From Obrimoposthia wandeli (taxonomy: Eukaryota): 64,000 nt of DNA. Position numbers and translations under genes: made by a program. The stretch's first letter is position 1. The number at the start of each line of letters is the position of its first letter. The notes under the pieces were generated by a model. That model searched no databases and had not been told where the DNA came from. It was given only the letters and a program-made list of their open reading frames with translations. Positions 41,709 through 52,985 of this stretch are shown here, one piece after another. The stretch is taken from the NCBI GenBank assembly GCA_977020255.1, contig CDROCS010001564.1:1-64000 (forward strand), written 5' to 3'.

Positions 41709-42809
41709 CTACAAACGCATTGGCATAACGACATATAACGCATCGCTATTATCAGATTCTTCTAATAGCGCACTGCTATTAGCATCGGATAGTGTGATCT
41801 TAGCTTGATCAGTACCAATAACGCCTAATACGTCTTGAAGGTAGCTAACATTAAAGCCAACTTCTAAGCTGTCACCTTCATAATCTACCGCGATAGATTC
41901 CTCGGCTTCTTCTTGCTCAGGGTTATTAGCAAATACTTGCAAGTTACCTGTCGTCAATAAAACACGAACACCACGATATTTTTCATTCGAAAGAATCGCT
42001 GTACGAGCAAATACTTGGCGCAGTTCCTGACGGTCGGCCAAAATAACCTTATTACCGTTTTTAGGAATTACACGGCCATAATCAGGGAACTTTCCATCTA
42101 CCAATTTAGAGGTAAAAGTAAAATCACCGGTTTCAGCACGGATATGGTTTGGACTTAAAAATAAAGTAACGCTGTCTTCAGGTTCCGTTAAAAGCTTACT
42201 TAGTTCTAAGATACCTTTACGCGGAACTATCAGCTGTAGCTGTGTTTCTGGACCACTCGCTTCAACGATACACGTTGCTAAGCGGTGCCCATCTGTCGCG
42301 ACAGAACGTAGCGAAGAAGCATTAACTTCAAGCAACATACCGTTTAAATAATAACGAACATCTTGCTGAGCCATTGCAAAAGCAACACGATCGATAACAC
42401 GACGTAGCTTGGCTTGCTCAACAGTAAAAGGCTGTTCACCTTCAATCTCTTCGATATTTGGGAATTCAGTTGCTGGCAAGCTTGATAAAGTAAAACGCGA
42501 ACGACCAGAACGTATATTGATACGCTGTTCGTCTTGTTCAAACTCAATCATTGAGCCATCAGGTAATGAACGAACGATGTCCATTAACTTCTTGCCTGGA
42601 ACGGTGATTTCACCTTCCATTGTAACTTCTTCCAAAGTTACGCGACCAACCAGTTCAACTTCAAGGTCGGTACCGGTTAGTGATAGTTGCTTACCTTTAA
42701 CATCTAACAAAATATTAGAAAGTACTGGTAAGGTTTGGCGTTTTTCAACAACACCAGCAACAAGTTGTAATGGGCGCAGTAGTGCTTCCCTAGAAATTAC
42801 GAACTTCAT
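41709..42809 (-). CDS. dnaN: DNA polymerase III beta clamp
   Basis: QTLPVLSNILL, TDLEVEL, ATDGHRL, GKFPDY, VVMPMRL. Confidence 0.98.
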   Translation of the reverse strand: MKFVISREALLRPLQLVAGVVEKRQTLPVLSNILLDVKGKQLSLTGTDLEVELVGRVTLEEVTMEGEITVPGKKLMDIVRSLPDGSMIEFEQDEQRINIRSGRSRFTLSSLPATEFPNIEEIEGEQPFTVEQAKLRRVIDRVAFAMAQQDVRYYLNGMLLEVNASSLRSVATDGHRLATCIVEASGPETQLQLIVPRKGILELSKLLTEPEDSVTLFLSPNHIRAETGDFTFTSKLVDGKFPDYGRVIPKNGNKVILADRQELRQVFARTAILSNEKYRGVRVLLTTGNLQVFANNPEQEEAEESIAVDYEGDSLEVGFNVSYLQDVLGVIGTDQAKITLSDANSSALLEESDNSDALYVVMPMRL

Positions 42810-42828
42810 GTTTCTCCACTCTACCCAT

Positions 42829-44373
42829 CTAGGTTGTTAGTGAGCGCATTAGGTTTTTATAATCTTCCCTAATGTCCGCCATTGTTTCTTGTAATTCTTT
42901 TATCTTACGACAGCCGTGTAGGACTGTCGTATGGTCGCGTCCACCAAAGGCTTCACCGATTTCGGGAAGGCTATGATTGGTTAATTCTTTGCTTAAAGCC
43001 ATCGCAACCTGACGTGGACGCGCAATAGAGCGAGTTCGACGCTTTGATAATAAATCCGAAAGCTTAAGTTTATAGTATTCTGCAACAGTTCTCTGAATAT
43101 TATCAATACTAACCTGTCTGTCTTGCAAGGCCAGTAAATCTTTCAAAGATTCTTTAATAAAGGGTAGAGTAATCTCACTGCCGGTAAAATGCGAGTTCGC
43201 AATAACACGTTTCAACGCGCCTTCTAACTCACGAACATTTGAACGGATTTTTTGAGCTATAAAAAAAGCCGCATCATCAGGTAGATGTACATTCGCCTGA
43301 TCGGCTTTCTTTAATAGAATGGCAACACGAGTTTCTAATTCAGGAGGCTCAACGGCAACCGTTAAACCCCAACCAAAGCGACTCTTTAAACGTTCTTCTA
43401 AACCATTGATTTCACGTGGATAGCGATCGCACGTTAAAATCATTTGCTGTCCACCTTCTAATAAAGCATTGAAGGTATGAAAGAATTCTTCTTGCGAACG
43501 TTCTTTGCCCGCAAAAAATTGAATATCATCAATTAATAACGCATCTAGACTGCGATAGAAACGCTTAAATTCGTTAATCGCGTTTAATTGTAACGCTTTC
43601 ACCATGTCTTGCACAAAACGCTCTGAGTGAACGTACAGAACCTGAGCATTGGTATCTTTCTGCTGCATATGGTTACCCACCGCATGCATCAGGTGAGTTT
43701 TACCTAAACCTACACCACCGTATATAAATAGTGGGTTGTAAGAACCGCCAGCGTTTTCTGCAACTTGTTGAGCAGCAGCATGGGCCAACTGATTTGATTT
43801 ACCTTCAACAAACGTTTCAAAGGTAAACGTTTTATTAAGAAAGCTTTGGTGCTGAATTCCGCCTTCAACTTGAACTTCACGTCGGCCAGCAGGCCTTGAA
43901 GGAGAAGATTGCCTAATATCCATAGAAAAAACAGGGTTATTAATAGGCTGCCGAGCTTGTTCTATATCAAGAGAGCCTTGAGTAGGGGCATTTATGTCTT
44001 CTGCTGAAACGTCTCGTGCGAAAGAAGGCTTTCTATTAAAGGAAGCAGTAGAGTTTCTACTAACAGGAGGAGCAGGTTTTTTAACCGGTAAACGCGGCAT
44101 TCCAGAAGGAGCTGCTTTAGCCTTGGCCTTTGCACCCGCTATAGAAATTTCAACTTCGATCATTCGACCGTCATTAATTTCACAGATTATTTCAAGAATA
44201 CGATGAAGGTATTTATCTTTAACCCAATCTTTGACAAAGCGGTTTGGTGCACGCAATAAAACACCGTCACCCTCTGCTTCAAATAGCAGTGGACGAATCC
44301 AAGTATTGTATTGCTGTGAGGGCAGTTCATCCTGCAAATAATCCAAACAACGGTTCCAGAGCGCCTCAGCCAC
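42829..44373 (-). CDS. dnaA: Chromosomal replication initiator DnaA
   Basis: [39 protein letters not shown]. Confidence 0.98.
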   Translation of the reverse strand: MAEALWNRCLDYLQDELPSQQYNTWIRPLLFEAEGDGVLLRAPNRFVKDWVKDKYLHRILEIICEINDGRMIEVEISIAGAKAKAKAAPSGMPRLPVKKPAPPVSRNSTASFNRKPSFARDVSAEDINAPTQGSLDIEQARQPINNPVFSMDIRQSSPSRPAGRREVQVEGGIQHQSFLNKTFTFETFVEGKSNQLAHAAAQQVAENAGGSYNPLFIYGGVGLGKTHLMHAVGNHMQQKDTNAQVLYVHSERFVQDMVKALQLNAINEFKRFYRSLDALLIDDIQFFAGKERSQEEFFHTFNALLEGGQQMILTCDRYPREINGLEERLKSRFGWGLTVAVEPPELETRVAILLKKADQANVHLPDDAAFFIAQKIRSNVRELEGALKRVIANSHFTGSEITLPFIKESLKDLLALQDRQVSIDNIQRTVAEYYKLKLSDLLSKRRTRSIARPRQVAMALSKELTNHSLPEIGEAFGGRDHTTVLHGCRKIKELQETMADIREDYKNLMRSLTT

Positions 44374-44917
44374 CTAACAGCATTCCTTAATTTAATATAA
44401 ATCAATGTAAATAGAACTGTATTCTACCCTATATCCGTTAAAGTTATCCACAATTAATGGCTAAGAGCGTGATTAATAGGTTCAATAGGTGTGTGGATAA
44501 CAGCACAGAAGCTGAATATGAAATGTGTGTAAGCATTGATCATAATATAGCCTTGTGCAAAACTCCCAAGTTATCCACCGATTGTCTACGGGTAATACTC
44601 AGGCTAAAGGTTAATTAAACAGGACTTATATAATGCGTAAGTCATTGTTTTTAAAGACTTTTATCTGGTTATCAACAGAAAACTGGCTCTATAATAGTAA
44701 TAATAAGAATAAATAAAACATTACTTACATACATAAAAACATAAACTCTAATTAATAAATCTTTAAAAGAAGTTAATCAGAGTAAAATTAATTCTGATTC
44801 GATGATTAAAATAAATACACATTGCCCATTGCGTGATTGGAAATATTTCAATACAATCTGGCACCTAATTTTTAAACCATAAATTTACACCTTGTGTGAA
44901 TTGGATGAGTAATTCCT
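44374..44917. other. Probable oriC (dnaA-rpmH interval)
   Basis: DnaA boxes TTATCCACA 44444, TGTGGATAA 44492, TTATCCACC 44571, TTATCAACA 44669; then DnaA-trio-like TAATAGTAATAATAA (44692-44706) and a very AT-rich unwinding-type stretch. Confidence 0.8.
44829..44857 (+). promoter_or_regulatory. Sigma70 promoter for the rpmH operon
   Basis: TTGCGT-17 nt-TACAAT. Confidence 0.65.
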
Positions 44918-45052
44918 ATGAAACGTACTTTTCAACCAAGCGTATTGAAGCGTAAGCGCAACCACGGTTTCCGTGCTCGTATGGCTACTAAAAGCGGTCG
45001 TCAGATTATTTCTGCACGTCGTGCCAAAGGCCGTACTAAGTTATCAGCTTAA
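44918..45052 (+). CDS. rpmH: 50S ribosomal protein L34
   Basis: Below the ORF-track cutoff; [44 protein letters not shown]. Confidence 0.98.
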   Translation: MKRTFQPSVLKRKRNHGFRARMATKSGRQIISARRAKGRTKLSA

Positions 45053-45070
45053 TATTGATTTAATCAATAT

Positions 45071-45454
45071 ATGAATACTTTTGAATTTCCTAGATCCGTT
45101 CGCTTATTGAGCCCTGGGGATTTCTCCCAAGTATTTGATAACACCGAGTTTAAGGCCAGTAATCGATATTTGTTGGTTCTGGCTACTCCGAGTAAAAGCG
45201 GCGATTCTCGCTTAGGCTTTGTCATAGCTAAGAAGCATGTCAAACATGCTGTTCAGAGAAATCGTGTAAAACGTATTATTCGCGAGTCTTTTCGCCTGAA
45301 TCAGCATCAGATGGCTAACAATGATTTTGTTATTTTGGCACGTCCTGGGATCCATGATCTTGAGAACGCTGAAATACGTGAAATGATTGATGGTCTCTGG
45401 TTCAAGCTGAGGCAATCTAATGGTAAACGATCCAATAAAAGTAAAAAACGCTAG
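45071..45454 (+). CDS. rnpA: Ribonuclease P protein component
   Basis: RLGFVIAKK, AVQRNRVKRIIRESFR. Confidence 0.96.
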   Translation: MNTFEFPRSVRLLSPGDFSQVFDNTEFKASNRYLLVLATPSKSGDSRLGFVIAKKHVKHAVQRNRVKRIIRESFRLNQHQMANNDFVILARPGIHDLENAEIREMIDGLWFKLRQSNGKRSNKSKKR

Positions 45455-45722
45455 TCCAAAAGCTCTGTCTTTTGTTGCTAAGTCATGTTTATTACTAGTT
45501 AATGTCTACCGTTACGCAATCAGTCCTTTATTTCCCAGCCGATGCCGTTATTATCCTACATGCTCTGCGTATGCGCACGAAGCTATTGTTAGATATGGTG
45601 CTTGGACAGGTGGAAAACTGGCCATGAAACGCATTTTGCGTTGCCATCCTTGGGCTAGCCATGGTGTCGATCCGGTACCAGAACTTAACCCTTCCCACTC
45701 ATGCTGTAGACGGAACCCCTAA
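45420..45722 (+). CDS. yidD: Membrane protein insertion efficiency factor
   Basis: YRYAISPL..SRCRYYPTCSAY, RILRCHPW, GVDPVP. Confidence 0.93.
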   Translation: MVNDPIKVKNASPKALSFVAKSCLLLVNVYRYAISPLFPSRCRYYPTCSAYAHEAIVRYGAWTGGKLAMKRILRCHPWASHGVDPVPELNPSHSCCRRNP

Positions 45723-45724
45723 TC

Positions 45725-47452
45725 ATGGATATCCGCCGTTTTGCCATAATATTTGGCTTGGCTATTTCAACTTATTTATTAATTCTTGCGTGGAATGACG
45801 ATTATGGTCAAGACACGGTTGCTAATGCGCCTATCGCACAAAGTACGACGATAGAAGTTGGTGATTCACCAGCTGCGGGCGAAATCATTGCCGCTGGAGA
45901 AACCAGTAGCATAGATAGTGACATTCCTAATATTGTTCCTGCTGCACTTGAGCCTGAAGTTTCGGCCGTTGTAAGCACACAACTTATTCAAGTAAAGACC
46001 GATGTATTAAACGTAACGATCAACCCTCTTGGTGGTGAAATCGTTGAAGTTTCTTTACCGGCTTATCCTGCAGATAAAGAAAACAAAGATATTCCTTTTG
46101 TCTTGATGGAAAACAATGCTCGCCGTGTTTATGTTGCACAAAGTGGCTTGTTGGACGGTAAAGGCAAGCAATGGGAGAAATATCAAGCGTATTCAGCGTC
46201 TCAGGTTAGCTATCAGCTAGATGAAACAGCCGATATTTTAACGGTAGTGCTAACGACTCAATTAGATGACGTAGAAGTGAAAAAAGTTTTCACCTTCCAG
46301 CGTAATAACTATCTTATTGATGTGAAATACCAAGTTGCTAACGGTTCAGATAGCCAATGGCGCGGTGTTTTCTTCGCACAATTAAAGCGTGATCGTTCTG
46401 AAGATCCTCATCAAGGCAGCTCAATGGGTATGCAGGCTTATTTAGGCCCTGCTATTACTACGAACTTATCCAAGTATGAAAAAATCAGCTTTGACGATAT
46501 AGATGATAAGCGTTTAGCAGAAAGCGTTGATGGCGGCTGGGTTGCTATGTTGCAACACTATTTCGTATCAGCTTGGGTTGCTAATCCTGATACAACTCAT
46601 TCTGTTTACGCTAAGCCTAATAAGCAAGGCGAATACATTGTTGGTTTCCATGATGGCAAAACACCTTTGCAAGTTGCTGCTGGTGAAACCGGTACGGTTG
46701 GCGCTCAGCTATATGTCGGTCCAAAGTCTCAATATGTTCTTGCTGAAGTTGCTGAAAGCTTAGATCTAACCATCGATTACGGTTGGTTATGGTGGATCGC
46801 TCAGCCATTGTTCGCAATCATGAACTTTATCGAATCAGGTTATATCAACTTTCTGGGTATGGTCGAAATTGATCTGGGTGGCGGCGTTGGAAACTGGGGT
46901 GTAGCGATTATTCTACTCACTGTTTTCATTAAGCTTTGTTTCTTTAAATTGTCTGCTACTAGTTACCGTTCAATGGCGAACATGCGTAAGGTTGCGCCTA
47001 AACTTGCCGCTATTCGTGAACAGCACGCTGATAATAAAGAAAAACTAGGCCAAGAAATGATGGCCTTGTATAAGAAAGAGAAGATTAATCCTCTTGGCGG
47101 TTGTTTGCCGATTCTTGTACAGATGCCAGTATTTATTGCCTTGTATTGGGTACTTGCAGAAAGTGTTGAGCTTCGTCAGGCACCTTTCATGTTGTGGATT
47201 AATGATTTATCAGCAATCGATCCTTACTTCGTATTACCGCTATTAATGGGTGCGAGTATGTTTGTTCAGATGCAGTTGAATCCAACACCTCCAGATCCTA
47301 TTCAAGCACGTGTTATGAAGCTAATGCCTATTATCTTCACGGTATTCTTCTTGTTCTTCCCATCAGGTCTTGTACTGTATTGGGTAGTGAACAACTTGCT
47401 ATCGATCACTCAGCAATATGTGATTACTAAGCAAATTGAGAATGCAGATTAA
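45725..47452 (+). CDS. yidC: Membrane protein insertase YidC
   Basis: IDYGWLWWI, GNWGVAII, NPLGGCLP, LVLYWVVNN. Confidence 0.97.
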   Translation: MDIRRFAIIFGLAISTYLLILAWNDDYGQDTVANAPIAQSTTIEVGDSPAAGEIIAAGETSSIDSDIPNIVPAALEPEVSAVVSTQLIQVKTDVLNVTINPLGGEIVEVSLPAYPADKENKDIPFVLMENNARRVYVAQSGLLDGKGKQWEKYQAYSASQVSYQLDETADILTVVLTTQLDDVEVKKVFTFQRNNYLIDVKYQVANGSDSQWRGVFFAQLKRDRSEDPHQGSSMGMQAYLGPAITTNLSKYEKISFDDIDDKRLAESVDGGWVAMLQHYFVSAWVANPDTTHSVYAKPNKQGEYIVGFHDGKTPLQVAAGETGTVGAQLYVGPKSQYVLAEVAESLDLTIDYGWLWWIAQPLFAIMNFIESGYINFLGMVEIDLGGGVGNWGVAIILLTVFIKLCFFKLSATSYRSMANMRKVAPKLAAIREQHADNKEKLGQEMMALYKKEKINPLGGCLPILVQMPVFIALYWVLAESVELRQAPFMLWINDLSAIDPYFVLPLLMGASMFVQMQLNPTPPDPIQARVMKLMPIIFTVFFLFFPSGLVLYWVVNNLLSITQQYVITKQIENAD

Positions 47453-47498
47453 GGCTAATGTCGAAAATACATTAGTATTTTAGTTAGCTTGATCAATG

Positions 47499-47533
47499 AA
47501 AAAGGCCGCCGTCGAAAGACAGCGGCCTTTTTT
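47499..47533 (+). terminator. Terminator after yidC
   Basis: AAAAAGGCCGCCGTC-GAAA-GACAGCGGCCTTTTTT. Confidence 0.85.
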
Positions 47534-47584
47534 GTGGATAAAATAAAGTTATTAATAATAATCACCTGTTAATTGAGAATATTC

Positions 47585-49000
47585 ATGTCTGCATCTGAAG
47601 CCGTACACCAAGATACTATTGCCGCTGTTGCGACTGCACCTGGTCGAGGCGGCGTCGGGATTGTGCGGGTATCTGGTCCTAAGGCACAAGAAATTGCTCA
47701 TTCAGTTCTAGGATTATTACCAAAGCCTAGATATGCCCACTACGGATCCTTTAAAGATGCAGAGGGAAATGAGCTGGACGAAGGCTTAGGTTTATTCTTC
47801 CCAAACCCACATTCCTTTACCGGTGAAGATGTTTTAGAGCTGCAGGGACATGGTGGCCCCGTTGTACTTGATTTCATCTTACAGCGCTGTGTAGAGCTTG
47901 GTGCTCGCATTGCTCGTCCTGGTGAATTCTCTGAGCGTGCTTTCTTAAATGACAAGTTAGATTTAGCTCAAGCCGAAGCGATTGCCGATCTGATTGACGC
48001 ATCATCTGCTCAAGCGGCACGATGTGCTTTGCGTTCATTGCAGGGCGTTTTTTCCGATAAAATTCATGGACTCGTCGATCAACTTATCCACTTACGTACT
48101 TTTGTCGAAGCCTCAATTGATTTTCCAGAAGAAGAAATTGATTTCTTAAGCGACGGCAAAGTTGCTGCGATGTTGCAAAAAGTGAAAGCAGCCGTTGCTG
48201 GAGTACTTCAAGAAGCGAATCAAGGGGCAATACTCCGAGAAGGAATGAACGTAGTGATTGCAGGGCGTCCGAACGCGGGTAAGTCCTCACTATTAAATGC
48301 GTTAGCAGGCAAAGATAAAGCGATTGTTACCGACATTGCAGGAACAACGCGCGATGTTTTGAAAGAACATATCCACATTGATGGGATGCCGCTACATATC
48401 ATTGATACTGCGGGTTTACGCGATTCGCCTGATGAAGTTGAGCGCATAGGTATTCAACGAGCCTGGGCTGAAATAGCGCAGGCCGATCGTGTTTTATTAA
48501 TGATTGATAGCACAATGGATGAAACCGATCCTAGAGCCCTATTGCATGCGCTCTATGATGAACAAGGCTTAGCCAACGAAACGGAAGCCTTGATTGCCAG
48601 TGGCCACATTACCGTAATTCGCAATAAAGCAGATTTATTAGCAGACGATCATGCATCCGCCAAACTGGGTTTACATGATGAAGCAGACTTTCCGACGTTA
48701 GCGATTTCGGCCAAGCAAAATCTGGGGATAAATGAGCTCCGCGAACACTTAAAAGAAGTGATGGGCTTTAACTCTACCAATGAAGGTGGATTTCTTGCTC
48801 GACGCCGTCATATCGAAGCGCTAGAGAAAGCTCAGGATGCTATTCAAGCCGGTGAAGACCAGTTATTAGGGGCTATGGCAGGGGAGCTTCTTGCAGAAGA
48901 CTTACGCATGGCACAGCAATCGTTAGGTGAAATTACTGGTGAGTTCACTGCTGATGATCTTCTTGGAAATATTTTTGGTAGTTTCTGTATAGGCAAGTAG
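47585..49000 (+). CDS. mnmE: tRNA modification GTPase MnmE (TrmE)
   Basis: [41 protein letters not shown]-terminal FCIGK. Confidence 0.97.
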   Translation: MSASEAVHQDTIAAVATAPGRGGVGIVRVSGPKAQEIAHSVLGLLPKPRYAHYGSFKDAEGNELDEGLGLFFPNPHSFTGEDVLELQGHGGPVVLDFILQRCVELGARIARPGEFSERAFLNDKLDLAQAEAIADLIDASSAQAARCALRSLQGVFSDKIHGLVDQLIHLRTFVEASIDFPEEEIDFLSDGKVAAMLQKVKAAVAGVLQEANQGAILREGMNVVIAGRPNAGKSSLLNALAGKDKAIVTDIAGTTRDVLKEHIHIDGMPLHIIDTAGLRDSPDEVERIGIQRAWAEIAQADRVLLMIDSTMDETDPRALLHALYDEQGLANETEALIASGHITVIRNKADLLADDHASAKLGLHDEADFPTLAISAKQNLGINELREHLKEVMGFNSTNEGGFLARRRHIEALEKAQDAIQAGEDQLLGAMAGELLAEDLRMAQQSLGEITGEFTADDLLGNIFGSFCIGK

Positions 49001-49080
49001 CCAAAGAATCTACAAACTAAATCACTAAAGCCTGCAAAAAATCAGCCGACATCTATAGTTATATCATCGTGATGTAATAT

Positions 49081-49953
49081 GTGAGGTTGGCTGTGTCAGT
49101 TGTTATTTCTTATTTATCCACAATAAAGACTCTAATTTTTCTTGTTCTCATTAGCTTGATCACAGGCTGTATTGCCGAAGATAAAGAAGATGAAAATCCC
49201 ATTAATAGCGTTGGTGAAGAGGTCGATGATACTTCACTAGGGCTAAATGGCTTTTGGAATGGCGGCTTTGAACAAACCGATACTCTGCGCGTATTAATTT
49301 TTAATGGTGATGTCTATGGGCTTGATGCTCTTAATGCATTTTTTGGAACAGTAGAATCTCCATCACAGGAAGAAGTTGATTTCTCTCTTACTGCTTACCC
49401 TCTTTCGTATATCGATGCGGCAAACTTTGAATTTGTTGCCGATGGTGCGGCCACGACTTATACGATTAATGGTTTGCTAGCAACGACAACGTCTCTTGTT
49501 GGCGATTATGCAACCGATGGCAATGAGTTTGGCTCCTTAGCATTAACTAATGATGGCACCTTTAGCAATAACTCCTCGCTAACCTCTTTAGCGGGTAAGT
49601 GGACAACGACAACTTTAGAAATGAATATCACCAGTCGTGGGCGCTTCCATGGTGTTAATAATGGCTTAGATAAAGATTGCTCCTTTGAAGGTCAGATTAA
49701 TCTTATAAATTCTGGTGATTCCTTGTTGGCTTTAACTATAAATCGTCGAGAGTGTGATGATTTCAATGGTGACTCAACAGGCTTTGCCGCAATAAATTCA
49801 GAGGGAGAGCTTGAACTCTATAGCAAGATGGGTAGCTCACTGCTGTTCATGAAATTCGCAGCTCCTGCTACCAGTGGTAGTACAGCACCTGATACTTCTA
49901 CTGACGAACCGGTAGTAGAAGAACCTGTTGTAGAGGCAGCAGCAGAGGTATAA
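49081..49953 (+). CDS. Hypothetical acidic lipoprotein
   Basis: Lipobox LITGC; two LxGxW-initiated beta-rich segments; E/V/P-rich tail; start codon uncertain. Confidence 0.6.
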   Translation: MRLAVSVVISYLSTIKTLIFLVLISLITGCIAEDKEDENPINSVGEEVDDTSLGLNGFWNGGFEQTDTLRVLIFNGDVYGLDALNAFFGTVESPSQEEVDFSLTAYPLSYIDAANFEFVADGAATTYTINGLLATTTSLVGDYATDGNEFGSLALTNDGTFSNNSSLTSLAGKWTTTTLEMNITSRGRFHGVNNGLDKDCSFEGQINLINSGDSLLALTINRRECDDFNGDSTGFAAINSEGELELYSKMGSSLLFMKFAAPATSGSTAPDTSTDEPVVEEPVVEAAAEV

Positions 49954-50343
49954 GTTCTATTTTGTGCATAACTCTGTGGGTTAGCTGTAGTAACTTTGGC
50001 AGTAATCACGTATTACCTCTTAATAAAGTACTGTATAAATATTAGATAATAAAGTTACCCACAATTATCCACAGCTTTTCATATATAAAGAACCCTTATT
50101 ATATAAGGGCTTAGACGCCTTATGCTTAACCTTTGATAACTTTAACCACATCAAAATAATTAGTTGTGCATTATAAAATACAAATGACTGATTATTTTTT
50201 AACCAAATATATTTCTATACACTGCTCTTAACCGTTTAATCAGGTATAATGCGCGCCATTTTTACGATTTAGTGTGTTTCTTTAATGCCACTGAATCTTT
50301 TGCTCAGGCTTTTATGCCAAAGAGCCGTTTTGAGGTTGTGCTT
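49954..50343. other. Second DnaA-box cluster upstream of mnmG (oriC2-like)
   Basis: TGTGCATAA 49963, TTACCCACA 50055, TTATCCACA 50065, TGTGCATTA 50165 in an AT-rich interval. Confidence 0.65.
50245..50257 (+). promoter_or_regulatory. Probable mnmG -10 element with GC-rich discriminator
   Basis: TATAAT followed by GCGCGCC; -35 not clearly identifiable. Confidence 0.45.
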
Positions 50344-52227
50344 GTGGATTATCCAGTTCGTTATGATGTGATTGTTGTTGGTGGTGGCCATGCGGGAACA
50401 GAGGCTGCGCTTGCTTCAGCTCGTATGGGAGCCAAAACCCTACTACTTACCCACAATACCGATACCATTGGCGTAATGTCCTGCAACCCAGCCATTGGTG
50501 GCATTGGTAAAAGCCACTTAGTAAAAGAAATTGATGCTTTAGATGGTGCAATGGCGCGGGCTACTGATAAAGGCGGTATTCAATTCCGTACTTTGAATGC
50601 TCGCAAAGGCCCAGCAGTTCGCGCAACCCGTGCACAAGCCGATCGCCAGTTATATCGCGCTGCGATTCGTGACATTGTTGAAAACCAAGAAAACCTCGAT
50701 ATTTTCCAAGCGTCTTGTGATGACTTGATCATGCAGGGCGAAAAAGCCGCAGGTGTTATCACCAATACCAACATGCGCATCCATGCAACGTCAGTTGTAT
50801 TAACAGCGGGGACGTTTTTAGGTGGACTTATCCACATAGGAATGGAAAACCATAAAGGTGGCCGCGCAGGAGATCCTGCTTCTGTTGCTTTAGCGCATCG
50901 ACTACGCGAGATGCCATTTAATGTAGGGCGTTTGAAAACCGGTACTCCTGCTCGAATCGATGCACGTTCTGTAGATTTCTCAGTGATGCAGGTTCAACCG
51001 GGGGATTTACCACTGCCAGTGATGTCCTTTATGGGCAATGTAAATGAACATCCTGAACAGGTGAACTGCTACATCACCCATACCAACGAGCGTACGCATG
51101 ACATTATCCGCGCCAACCTAGATCGCTCGCCTATGTATGCCGGTGTGATTGAAGGCATTGGCCCACGTTATTGCCCATCGATTGAAGATAAGGTGATGCG
51201 TTTCGCTGATAAAACCAGCCACCAGATTTTCGTTGAGCCTGAAGGCTTACGTACACACGAGTTATACCCCAATGGTATTTCTACTAGCTTGCCGTTTGAT
51301 GTACAGCTTGATCTTATCCACAGCATGGTTGGTTTTGAAAAAGCACACATTACCCGTCCAGGTTATGCGATTGAATACGATTATTTCAATCCACAAGACT
51401 TGAAGCACAACTTAGAAACCAAGTTCGTTCCTAACTTGTTCTTCGCTGGCCAAATTAACGGCACTACCGGTTATGAAGAAGCCGGTGCGCAAGGTTTATT
51501 AGCCGGAGCTAACGCTGCATTGCGTGCATTTGAGAAAGAGGCTTGGAGCCCACGTCGTGATGAAGCTTACATCGGTGTATTAGTCGATGACTTGATCACC
51601 ATGGGTACCAAAGAACCGTATCGCATGTTTACCAGCCGTGCGGAATATCGCTTAATCTTACGTGAAGATAACGCCGATTTACGCCTTACTGAGATTGGCC
51701 GTAACCTAGGTCTTGTAGGGGATGAACGTTGGGCTGCCTTCTGCGAAAAGAAAGAAGCCATCGAAAAAGAAAATCAGCGTTTAAATACCACCTGGATACA
51801 ACCTAAAACACCCGAAGGGGATGCGGTTAATGCCCTGATTGAAAGTCCTCTAAGTCGTGAATACAGTTTAAAAGATCTGCTTAAACGTCCAGGTTTAAAC
51901 TATGCTGATATCGCAGGGCTTAAAGGCGAGGTTGTTACTGATCCAAGAGTTGCTGAGCAGGTAGAAATTCAAGCTAAGTACGATGGCTATATCACTCGTC
52001 AGAAAGACGAAATCGAGCAAATGCGTCGTTATGAAGCAACGCCTTTACCTGAGAACTTTGATTACACTGTGATTGGTGGTCTGTCTAACGAAGTTATACA
52101 GAAGCTCGATACCATGAAGCCGGAAACATTAGGCAGTGCTTCTCGTATTCAAGGGGTAACACCTGCGGCGATTAGCCAGATTCTTGTACACATGAAAAAG
52201 ATAAAACTAGCCCGTAAGAGTGCGTAA
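50344..52227 (+). CDS. mnmG: tRNA uridine 5-carboxymethylaminomethyl modification enzyme MnmG (GidA)
   Basis: [44 protein letters not shown]; GTG start at 50344. Confidence 0.97.
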   Translation: MDYPVRYDVIVVGGGHAGTEAALASARMGAKTLLLTHNTDTIGVMSCNPAIGGIGKSHLVKEIDALDGAMARATDKGGIQFRTLNARKGPAVRATRAQADRQLYRAAIRDIVENQENLDIFQASCDDLIMQGEKAAGVITNTNMRIHATSVVLTAGTFLGGLIHIGMENHKGGRAGDPASVALAHRLREMPFNVGRLKTGTPARIDARSVDFSVMQVQPGDLPLPVMSFMGNVNEHPEQVNCYITHTNERTHDIIRANLDRSPMYAGVIEGIGPRYCPSIEDKVMRFADKTSHQIFVEPEGLRTHELYPNGISTSLPFDVQLDLIHSMVGFEKAHITRPGYAIEYDYFNPQDLKHNLETKFVPNLFFAGQINGTTGYEEAGAQGLLAGANAALRAFEKEAWSPRRDEAYIGVLVDDLITMGTKEPYRMFTSRAEYRLILREDNADLRLTEIGRNLGLVGDERWAAFCEKKEAIEKENQRLNTTWIQPKTPEGDAVNALIESPLSREYSLKDLLKRPGLNYADIAGLKGEVVTDPRVAEQVEIQAKYDGYITRQKDEIEQMRRYEATPLPENFDYTVIGGLSNEVIQKLDTMKPETLGSASRIQGVTPAAISQILVHMKKIKLARKSA

Positions 52228-52280
52228 TCACAATGGTTATACACAAGGATGTGGATCAAACTTCAGAAGAAGATCAGTCA

Positions 52281-52793
52281 ATGACTGAGCGTATGAAAAT
52301 GCGCTCAGGCCAACCTTATAATAGCCTCGATATCGAATTGAGGCTATTACGCGAAAAAGCCCGTCTTGCCTGTGGCAAATACAATGCTCATCCGAGCAAA
52401 GGCAATTTCAAGCATATCAGTCGTTTATTCAACAAGTTATCCACAGCGGTAATCGAACCCGGCTTCCAGTGTGATTATGGCGGGCAAATCTCCTTAGGGG
52501 ATAACTTCTACGCCAACTTCAACTGCGTAATGCTCGATAGCGCGTCGATCACCATTGGTGATGACGTCATGCTGGGTCCAGGCGTGCATATCTATACGGT
52601 CGATCATCCAAGGGATGCCCAAGCACGAAGAGCCGGCGGCTGCATTGCTAAGCCCGTGATTATCGGTGACGGGGTTTGGATTGGCGGTGGTGCTAAGATA
52701 CTACCTGGAGTGACGATTGGTAAAAATGCAATTATTGGCGCTAATGCCGTTGTTACTAAAAATGTGGCTGCTGATTCTCGGTTTCTGGGCTGA
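52281..52793 (+). CDS. Sugar O-acetyltransferase (Maa/LacA hexapeptide family)
   Basis: IEPGFQCDYG, YANFNCVMLD, PVIIGDGVWIGGGAKILPGVTIG; ATG at 52281 preferred. Confidence 0.88.
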   Translation: MTERMKMRSGQPYNSLDIELRLLREKARLACGKYNAHPSKGNFKHISRLFNKLSTAVIEPGFQCDYGGQISLGDNFYANFNCVMLDSASITIGDDVMLGPGVHIYTVDHPRDAQARRAGGCIAKPVIIGDGVWIGGGAKILPGVTIGKNAIIGANAVVTKNVAADSRFLG

Positions 52794-52799
52794 AGTTTT

Positions 52800-52985
52800 A
52801 AAAGCGCTTCACCACCGAGACTCAGAGTACACAGAGAAGAGCGGAGGTAAGATAAAAGAAAAAGAGGCAAAAAGATTAAGCGGTAAATCCCAAAAACGAA
52901 ATAAAGCCGTAAGGTCCTAAATCAAATATTCTTCTTTTTCCTCTGTGTAGCGAAGCGGCTCTGTGCCTCTGTGGTGAGAGCTTTT
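52800..52985. repeat. About 186-bp element with imperfect terminal inverted repeats (CACAGAG/CTCTGTG family)
   Basis: Left arm AAAAGCGCTTCACCACCGAGACTCAGAGTACACAGAG; right arm CTCTGTGTAG...CTCTGTGCCTCTGTGGTGAGAGCTTTT; A-rich interior. Confidence 0.7.

Noticed and set aside
43397-43412. parS-like TTTCACGTGGA in dnaA (similar core in atpB near 56267)
   Set aside because: Only the core matches; the outer arms have several mismatches to the parS palindrome
43860-44130. Long Pro/Ser/Ala-rich linker making DnaA 514 aa
   Set aside because: Domain II length is known to vary and similar sizes occur in Pseudomonas-like DnaA
44840-44849. GAAATATTTC palindrome shared between the rpmH promoter spacer and the lipoprotein leader (19000)
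   Set aside because: A short AT-rich palindrome; two occurrences are not enough to claim a shared regulator
52717-52920. ORFs 52717-52920 and 52604-52870
   Set aside because: Read-through artefacts of the acetyltransferase end and the repeat element
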